DNA from: Candidatus Electryonea clarkiae | GTDB taxonomy: Bacteria > Electryoneota > Electryoneia > Electryoneales > Electryoneaceae | Reading direction: 5' to 3' | NCBI GenBank assembly: GCA_030765455.1 | Contig: JAVCCM010000059.1 | Coordinates: forward strand, 6,667-70,666 | Length of the DNA stretch: 64,000 bases | The notes under the pieces: model-generated | Database searches by the model: none | The model's input: the letters and a program-made list of their open reading frames with translations, nothing else | Told to the model about the DNA's origin: nothing | Shown: positions 57,818 through 64,000 of the stretch, piece after piece | Position numbering within the stretch: position 1 is the stretch's first letter | Layout: each line of letters opens with the position of its first letter | Made by a program: the position numbers and the translations under genes

Positions 57818-58867
57818 ATGAAATCAACTAAAATTGTCTTGATAATTTCAACCCTGCTTTCGGGATTTATTCTTTTCACCGGCTGCATTTCTCACAAATT
57901 CTTTCTTGATTTTTCTCCCGGGGGTGTCTATCGATATGTCGCTGAGGGTGACAGCCTTGATTTATTTGATGGTCGGATTCTGTTTCCCCCCTCAAATCCC
58001 TGGCAGGAAACTAACCGCACGCGTGAAAAAGATGATGAGGGAAACATTACCTGGAAATATTTCTTCGAATCAAAACAGGAAGCGGAAATCAGTCAACCTA
58101 TTGCCCCTCCGGAAAAAAACGGATTAATTCAATTTCAAGAAAAAAACTACCTGGTAGTTAAAAAGAAATCATTTGTTGCGGTGTTTCCCGGTTGGGATGT
58201 CACCAGGATATATGGAGATCAACGTGAATTTCTTCCGCCAGAAGTGGACGATATCGAAAAGTTTGAATCCGACACGACGCTGCAAACCCGATTGAAACAA
58301 CTCGAAGCGCTTGGATTACAAAAAACTACTGCCAGAAGATATATGCTGCAAGTACAGAATATGATCCTTGAATGGCAACGTTCAGGAAATGTTGAAGATG
58401 CTGACAGCTTGATGATACAACAGGGATTAAAGAACTTCTCCGTTATTATTGAAGTTTTCATGCTCACCTTCAAAGACAAGGACCCTATGGAAGTCTCGCT
58501 TGAATGGTATCAAGAGCTGAGAGATCCAATGATCTCGATATGCAGTGAGGTATCAGGTGGTTCACCCGAATGGTTCGCAAATGTTGCAGATTCAATCGAT
58601 TTCCGTTGGAAAACATGGAAAGACATGGAAGATGACGGAATAGAGCTTGAAGTTTTTTTGCCCTCGACCTGGATAAACGCAAATCCGGATACTGTCAGGA
58701 ACGACACACTTTTCTGGTCAATTGAATCCGAGAGCCTTGCTGAAGAGGATGTTGTAATCCAGGCGACCGGATGGACACTGGTGTACTGGATTGATGGATT
58801 AATCGCCCTGGTAATTTTTGGCTTGATCTGGCTTGCATTCAGCAAAATGCAAAAGAAAAAGGAATAG
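57818..58867 (+). CDS. Hypothetical lipoprotein with a C-terminal TM anchor
   Basis: LFTGC lipobox; hydrophobic C-terminal helix followed by KMQKKKE. Confidence 0.65.
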   Translation: MKSTKIVLIISTLLSGFILFTGCISHKFFLDFSPGGVYRYVAEGDSLDLFDGRILFPPSNPWQETNRTREKDDEGNITWKYFFESKQEAEISQPIAPPEKNGLIQFQEKNYLVVKKKSFVAVFPGWDVTRIYGDQREFLPPEVDDIEKFESDTTLQTRLKQLEALGLQKTTARRYMLQVQNMILEWQRSGNVEDADSLMIQQGLKNFSVIIEVFMLTFKDKDPMEVSLEWYQELRDPMISICSEVSGGSPEWFANVADSIDFRWKTWKDMEDDGIELEVFLPSTWINANPDTVRNDTLFWSIESESLAEEDVVIQATGWTLVYWIDGLIALVIFGLIWLAFSKMQKKKE

Positions 58868-58895
58868 ATTACAAATATACGCCGATAAAAGAAAA

Positions 58896-58975
58896 GATTA
58901 CAGGATGTAAGGATATTAAGGATTTACAAGATATTTTATCTTTAGCGTCCTTTGTCCCTTTGCATCTTTGCGTGA
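58896..58975 (-). repeat. Two-part intergenic repeat: (ACGCAAAG)n + (ATCCTGT..)n
   Basis: GATTACAGGATGTAAGGATATTAAGGATTTACAAGAT then CTTTAGCGTCCTTTGTCCCTTTGCATCTTTGCGTGA. Confidence 0.7.
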
Positions 58976-58978
58976 GAT

Positions 58979-59011
58979 AAAAAATCCCGGTCGGTATATA
59001 ACCAGCCGGGA
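58979..59011 (-). terminator. Intrinsic terminator of the dsr operon
   Basis: Minus strand TCCCGGCTGGT-tatat-ACCGACCGGGA-T6, about 50 nt past the dsrP stop. Confidence 0.7.
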
Positions 59012-59062
59012 ATATCTCGCAATTTCTATTATATCACAAAGGCGTTGAGCTGCCGTGAACTA

Positions 59063-60217
59063 TCAGACAAGCTGTTTCCTCACCGATAATGCTACTTTAT
59101 AAAGCCCGGTAATTATTAGTCCACCAAGCGCCCAGACCATCAGGGTTATCATCACTTCGGGGAAAGTCGGAACGTATTCGGTTACCGTATGTAACGGATT
59201 AGGTATGTAACCGGTTACAATCATTCCCATCCCTTTATCAATCCAGATTGAAATGAAGACAGCGATACAACCCCAGATCAGCAGGGTTTCATTCTTTCTG
59301 AATTGTGGAACGATAAGGAGCACCAATGCGATCACGGCAAGAACCGCTGAAGTCCACATCCAGGGAACCAGTGCAGTATTTTCTCCTAAACCGAAATACA
59401 GGTATTTGAAATGATCAAGATGTTCAGGGATACCACTGTAAACTGCGGTGAAGATTTCCATCAGCAGGAGGAAGACGTTCATAATCATAGCATAAGTAAC
59501 AATAATCGCCAATTTCTGAATCGGTTCCTTGCCGGTATCGAACTTTGTGTTTTTACGCAGTATAAGCGCTAACAGTATCAGCAAAGCCGGACCTGCTGAG
59601 AATGCTGTGGCGAGGAATCGCGGCGCCATAACCGCAGTCATCCAGAACGGACGTGCTACGAGACCGGCGTAAAGAAATGCCGTAACCGTATGAATACTGA
59701 CAGCCCAGGGAATTGAAAGAATAATTATGGGTCTGATCCATTTAGGTGGAGCTATGCTCTTTTTCTCAGAATGGAGCGTGACAAAGCTGATCAGTACATT
59801 AAGCACCAGATAACCCATCAGAACAACCGTATCCCAGAACATCATGGAGTTGGGAGAAGGATGCAGAAATACATTTGTTATACGGAACGGTTGTCCCATA
59901 TCGACAAAGATAAATCCCATACACATGATACAAGCACCAACAGCGACAAACTCACCTAAAATTGTGATTTTACCGAAAGCCTTGTAATTATGAAGGTAAT
60001 AAGGAAGTACGACCATTACGGCTGAAGCGGCTACACCAACCATGAAGGTAAATTGAGCGATGTATAAACCCCAGCTAACGTCACGGTTTAACCCGGTGAT
60101 AGTCAAACCTTCATTGAATTGACGGAGCCAGTAAAGTCCACCCACTGCAATAATTACCAGTAGGAAAGCAATCCAGCTCCAATATCTTTTTCCACCTTTA
60201 AGTGCATTTTCTATCAT
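59063..60217 (-). CDS. dsrP: DsrP, NrfD/PsrC family membrane subunit
   Basis: GL.ITGL.RDVSWGLYI, DMGQP, PWAVSIHTVTAFL; about 10 TM helices; GAGG before ATG 60217. Confidence 0.92.
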   Translation of the reverse strand: MIENALKGGKRYWSWIAFLLVIIAVGGLYWLRQFNEGLTITGLNRDVSWGLYIAQFTFMVGVAASAVMVVLPYYLHNYKAFGKITILGEFVAVGACIMCMGFIFVDMGQPFRITNVFLHPSPNSMMFWDTVVLMGYLVLNVLISFVTLHSEKKSIAPPKWIRPIIILSIPWAVSIHTVTAFLYAGLVARPFWMTAVMAPRFLATAFSAGPALLILLALILRKNTKFDTGKEPIQKLAIIVTYAMIMNVFLLLMEIFTAVYSGIPEHLDHFKYLYFGLGENTALVPWMWTSAVLAVIALVLLIVPQFRKNETLLIWGCIAVFISIWIDKGMGMIVTGYIPNPLHTVTEYVPTFPEVMITLMVWALGGLIITGLYKVALSVRKQLV

Positions 60218-60224
60218 AACAACC

Positions 60225-61064
60225 TCATACGATATAAAAGACTTCGGGTTGAGTCCCGAGACCGGGTTTACGTCTAATAGTGAAATGCGAATGAAGCAGT
60301 TCACGTACTTTAGAATCAGCATCTTCAAGATCACCGAAAGTCAGGCAGCCATACTTACAAGCATCCACACATGCCGGCAATTTCCCCTCTGCAAGTCTCT
60401 CATCACAGAAAGTGCATTTTTCCACCACACCACGCATCCTCGTGGGAAAATCAGTGTTGATCTCTTTAATATGCGGTCGCGGGTCACGGTAGTTAAAGCT
60501 TCTCGAACCATAAGGACATGCTGCAAGGCAGTAACGGCAGCCGATACAACGATGCCAGTCCATCATCACAATTCCATCCTGCTCCCGCTTCCATGTAGCC
60601 TGGGTCGGGCAAACTTTTACACAGGGTGGATTATCACAATGATTGCATAGCAATAATGCAGGAGAATGATTCAACTCTTCATCGCCAAATTCGTTCTCAA
60701 CTTCATGGAAGGCATGACTGAACTGTTCCTTCCATATCCATTTGACCTCATCCTTTTTCTTTGGAAAATCAGGCACATTATGGGTTTCATGGCAGGCAAG
60801 AATGCAATCCTTGCAATCCTCGTGTTTCCGGCATTCACCCAGGTTAACAACCATTGCCCAACGTGTTGGATCTTTCTTCAAACCCTGTTCTACAGGATCG
60901 ACTTCAGGAGGCTTGCATACACAAGAGTCGGTCGCGGTATTGCACAATGATGTATCAGCTTTTTCTTCAGTCTCGCTGCTGAAAAGTTTTATAGGAGGGG
61001 CAGCAGTTAATCCAAGTGCAGCAGCACCTGCTATTTTGACGAATTTTCTTCTATCTACTCCCAT
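60225..61064 (-). CDS. dsrO: DsrO, Tat-exported 4Fe-4S protein
   Basis: DRRKFVK Tat motif; CNHCDNPPCVKVCP, CIGCRYCLAACP, EKCTFC. Confidence 0.92.
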   Translation of the reverse strand: MGVDRRKFVKIAGAAALGLTAAPPIKLFSSETEEKADTSLCNTATDSCVCKPPEVDPVEQGLKKDPTRWAMVVNLGECRKHEDCKDCILACHETHNVPDFPKKKDEVKWIWKEQFSHAFHEVENEFGDEELNHSPALLLCNHCDNPPCVKVCPTQATWKREQDGIVMMDWHRCIGCRYCLAACPYGSRSFNYRDPRPHIKEINTDFPTRMRGVVEKCTFCDERLAEGKLPACVDACKYGCLTFGDLEDADSKVRELLHSHFTIRRKPGLGTQPEVFYIV

Positions 61065-61471
61065 CACTTCACCCCCTTTTCAAAATCCTGGGGAACGATA
61101 TGGCAATCCCAACAATAGGGATCAACACCCACATAATTATGACACTGGTCGCAAAAAGCATCCTTATTAGAATGACAATCAAGGCAGGTATGCGTAAGGC
61201 TCTTAGTGAATTCCCGTCCATTTTCAGTCTTAAATGTCCTGTCATCATGGCGGACAACTTCATCCCGCCATTGCATAACCAGATCCATATGGTCGGTTCG
61301 CATCACATCCGCCGGTAAAACACATTCATTCTTTCCAGGTGTGTCTTTTGTAGCTATTTCAATCTCAGGACGTTCGCCTGCCTGTCCATTGACGGCATTA
61401 TACCAGACCGGGAAAGTGATGATAATCAGGAAAATGATCAATCCGGTTATAATCTTTCCACCATCAAACAT
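61064..61471 (-). CDS. dsrJ: DsrJ triheme cytochrome c
   Basis: N-terminal TM; CV..MRTDHMD..WRDEVVR; CLDCH, CDQCH, CWDCH; ATG 61471. Confidence 0.93.
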   Translation of the reverse strand: MFDGGKIITGLIIFLIIITFPVWYNAVNGQAGERPEIEIATKDTPGKNECVLPADVMRTDHMDLVMQWRDEVVRHDDRTFKTENGREFTKSLTHTCLDCHSNKDAFCDQCHNYVGVDPYCWDCHIVPQDFEKGVK

Positions 61472-63131
61472 TTTCTGTGTCCTCCCCTGTTGCTGCAGAT
61501 ACCTTCTCAGACTCTTCATCAAATCCCAGCATGGGTTCTTCACGAAGATCAACTGTGCGTTCTTTTGCACCTTCCATAATCAGTGCATTTCCAACCAGTT
61601 CATGAATCCCTGCAACCTCGACACCTGGTACCCAGTACTCAAGTAGCGGTGGCAGAGTAGCTTTGTCGATAGCACACATACAGAGAAGTTGGTTTACACC
61701 ATGTTTTTCATTTACATATTTTACGGCATTGGCTCTCGGCAGACCGCCTCTAAGCCTCATCTCCATATTCTCATCGGTCCCTAGTCCGGCACCACTGCCA
61801 CAGCAGAAAGTCTGTTCGCGAATAGTATTTTCCGGCATTTCATGGAAATTATTGCTGACAGCATTGATGATATATCTTGGTTCCTCAATCAATCCCATAG
61901 CACGTGCCGGATTGCATGAATCATGATATGTGGGAATGATATGATCATTACGGCTCGGATCAAGTTTAATTTTATTGTTCTTGATCAGATCAGCAGTAAA
62001 CTCAGCAATGTGAACCATTTTAGTGGCTTTGGCGTTCTCGAATTTTGTGCCGGTTATTGGTGAGACCGGCTCCTCAAGACCATTTTGTCGTTCACCGTTC
62101 ATTGTATGCATATACTGATGAATGACCCGCCACATGTGACCACACTCTCCACCTAGAATCCATTTGACGCCTAACCTGTCAGCCTCCATGTACATCTTCG
62201 CATTGAGACGTTTGATCATATCATGGGAATGGAAAAGCCCGAAATTCCCACCCTCGGACGCGAAAGTGCTCCAGGTGTAATCGAGCCCTATCTCATGAAA
62301 AAGGGCGAGATAGCCAAGCAGTGTGAAATAATGCGGATTTGCAAAGTAATCGGCGGACGGCGCAATGAAAAGGATTTCCGCTCCTTTTCTGTTCACAGGA
62401 AGGTCAATCTTTAAACCAGTTATATCCTCCAGTTCCTCCTGGGCAAATTCCAAACTGTCCAAAACGCCGTGCGGTTGGATTCCCAGATGATTTCCCGTTC
62501 GGAAGCAATTAGATGCTGGAGTGGTGATCCAGTCAATGTTCATACCAACGAGATCCAACAATTCTCTTACAATAATCGTGATTTCAGCGGTGTCGATACC
62601 GTAAGGACAGAACACCGAACAACGCCGGCACTCAGTACATTGGAAGAAGTAGTAAAACCATTCTTTCAAAACATCGACTGTCAGCTCCCGCGCACCAACC
62701 ATTTTGCCAAGTAACTTACCTGCTGTAGTGTATTCTTTACGATATACCGACCTTAGCAATTCCGCTCTTACCACAGGCATATTTTTCGGATCGCCTGATC
62801 CTATGAAAAAATGACATTTATCAGCGCAAGCGCCACACCTTACACAGATATCCATGAAAATTTGCAGTGTACGGAACTTCTTCAAACGGTCATGTAGTCC
62901 CTCGAAAATAATCTCTTTCCAGTTATCAGGAAGGGGCCAATCTTTGTCATGAGGCTGCCACTTACCCATCTCAGTATTCAGATCAAGATATTCCATTGCG
63001 GCGGGAACTGCGCTATAACACCAGTTCCCCTTTTTCGCTTCGAAATCGATCTTGGAATCCATCCAGTCTTTGCGAGGCGGGCAATATTCTATCTTCAGCA
63101 GGTCTTCCTGTTTGTATTTATCTTCAGCCAT
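61464..63131 (-). CDS. dsrK: DsrK, HdrD-like Fe-S protein with CCG domain
   Basis: CVRCGACADKC, CTECRRCSVFCP, GECGH, YHDSC, CCGSG. Confidence 0.95.
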   Translation of the reverse strand: MAEDKYKQEDLLKIEYCPPRKDWMDSKIDFEAKKGNWCYSAVPAAMEYLDLNTEMGKWQPHDKDWPLPDNWKEIIFEGLHDRLKKFRTLQIFMDICVRCGACADKCHFFIGSGDPKNMPVVRAELLRSVYRKEYTTAGKLLGKMVGARELTVDVLKEWFYYFFQCTECRRCSVFCPYGIDTAEITIIVRELLDLVGMNIDWITTPASNCFRTGNHLGIQPHGVLDSLEFAQEELEDITGLKIDLPVNRKGAEILFIAPSADYFANPHYFTLLGYLALFHEIGLDYTWSTFASEGGNFGLFHSHDMIKRLNAKMYMEADRLGVKWILGGECGHMWRVIHQYMHTMNGERQNGLEEPVSPITGTKFENAKATKMVHIAEFTADLIKNNKIKLDPSRNDHIIPTYHDSCNPARAMGLIEEPRYIINAVSNNFHEMPENTIREQTFCCGSGAGLGTDENMEMRLRGGLPRANAVKYVNEKHGVNQLLCMCAIDKATLPPLLEYWVPGVEVAGIHELVGNALIMEGAKERTVDLREEPMLGFDEESEKVSAATGEDTENV

Positions 63132-63133
63132 TG

Positions 63134-64000
63134 CTACTCCTTATCCAACGGCAGACCAGCCGCTTTCATAACATCATGGAATTCTTCTTCATACTCCTGG
63201 TAGGTATGTACTTTAACCTCAGGATTCCATGGATTTATATGACGTTTCGCACGATTGTTATTTGCCAGGTTACGTGTCGGGCTCAAAAACACACCTCCCA
63301 TGTGCATCAACTTGCTGAAGGGAAAATATGCTATAAGAGTACATACATAAAAAAAGTGCAGATAGAATAATGGATTGACACCTTCGGGAAGGATCGGGTG
63401 AAAACTTAATAATCCCGTTCCAAGTTCCTTAATGCTTATGATATCAACCTTAATGAAGTATCTCATCAATACGCCCGTTGTCGCAATTCCGATGATCAGC
63501 AGCAATGGGAAATAGTCATTCAGCAGCGACATGTAACGTAACCTCGAATCCATTACTCGTCTCAGAAACAGGAAAGTCAGCGCTGCAAGTATCAGGAAGT
63601 CAGTAATATATACTATCGGCAGCCCAATCTGGAAAAAACTGTCTACATCCTGTAGCAGCATCACCCATTTCGGAGTAGGTTGGACGAAATACTTGAAATG
63701 GCGTAGAAAAATGATCAGAAACGACCAATGAAACGCCATACCGCCAGCCCACAACCATTTACTTGAACCGTAAACGAGCTTTGAATTGTCTTTAAGTTCC
63801 GTCTTCGTATTCCTGAATAGAGATCTGAAGAACAGAACTTCAAGCAGCATCCGTCCTATTACACCCAAAGTGTTGTGAGGTGATTCCAGGTTGTCGTTCT
63901 TAATCCAATCAAGCGATTTCTGTTGCCCGGAAGTGGTTGGGATTCTGAAAGGAACCGGAGCCTTTGCCCATTTCAATACTCGATAAACCACTCCGATCAG
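63134..64000 (-). CDS. dsrM: DsrM, NarI-like cytochrome b (5' partial)
   Basis: PVPFRIPTTSGQQKSL, FFRSLFRN, FHWSF..RH, HFF..YFPFSKLMHMGG. Confidence 0.93.
   Translation of the reverse strand: MIGVVYRVLKWAKAPVPFRIPTTSGQQKSLDWIKNDNLESPHNTLGVIGRMLLEVLFFRSLFRNTKTELKDNSKLVYGSSKWLWAGGMAFHWSFLIIFLRHFKYFVQPTPKWVMLLQDVDSFFQIGLPIVYITDFLILAALTFLFLRRVMDSRLRYMSLLNDYFPLLLIIGIATTGVLMRYFIKVDIISIKELGTGLLSFHPILPEGVNPLFYLHFFYVCTLIAYFPFSKLMHMGGVFLSPTRNLANNNRAKRHINPWNPEVKVHTYQEYEEEFHDVMKAAGLPLDKE

Noticed and set aside
1058-63370. Many 60-157 aa ORFs overlapping or antisense to the called genes
   Set aside because: They are shadow frames of well-supported CDSs, with no recognisable motifs or RBS support.

Overview
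About 64 kb of bacterial chromosome, roughly 40% GC by eye. Several proteins end in a T9SS-type 'YPNPFNS' C-terminal domain, and there is a DUF4835/PorD-like gene and a Bacteroidota-style bS22/AURKAIP1 peptide, so the host is probably in the FCB superphylum (inference). Core and metabolic genes: a lysine-ketoglutarate reductase-like enzyme, rubredoxin, leucine catabolism genes liuC and liuB, yceI, yjbQ, lpxL, fadD, tRNA-Leu(CAG), system II cytochrome c biogenesis, an Rrf2 regulator, a lipoate ligase plus E3/E2/E1b/E1a 2-oxoacid dehydrogenase operon, nadK-xseBA, hup-sppA-mltD and a dsrMKJOP operon running off the right edge. The most unusual items are: (1) three tandem secreted paralogs that put a PilX/DUF4900-like domain on a beta-helix plus T9SS tail; (2) two tandem subtilases missing about 15 residues before the catalytic Ser; (3) a stand-alone AspBHI-type SRA-like domain with no nuclease; (4) a charged protein built from exact 120-bp repeats; (5) many intergenic repeats, including dRS3/RPE-like doublet palindromes, GTAG-type REPs and a recurring two-part octamer+nonamer element. 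No transposase, integrase, reverse transcriptase or CRISPR array was seen. All family assignments are from motif recognition by eye, not from database searches.
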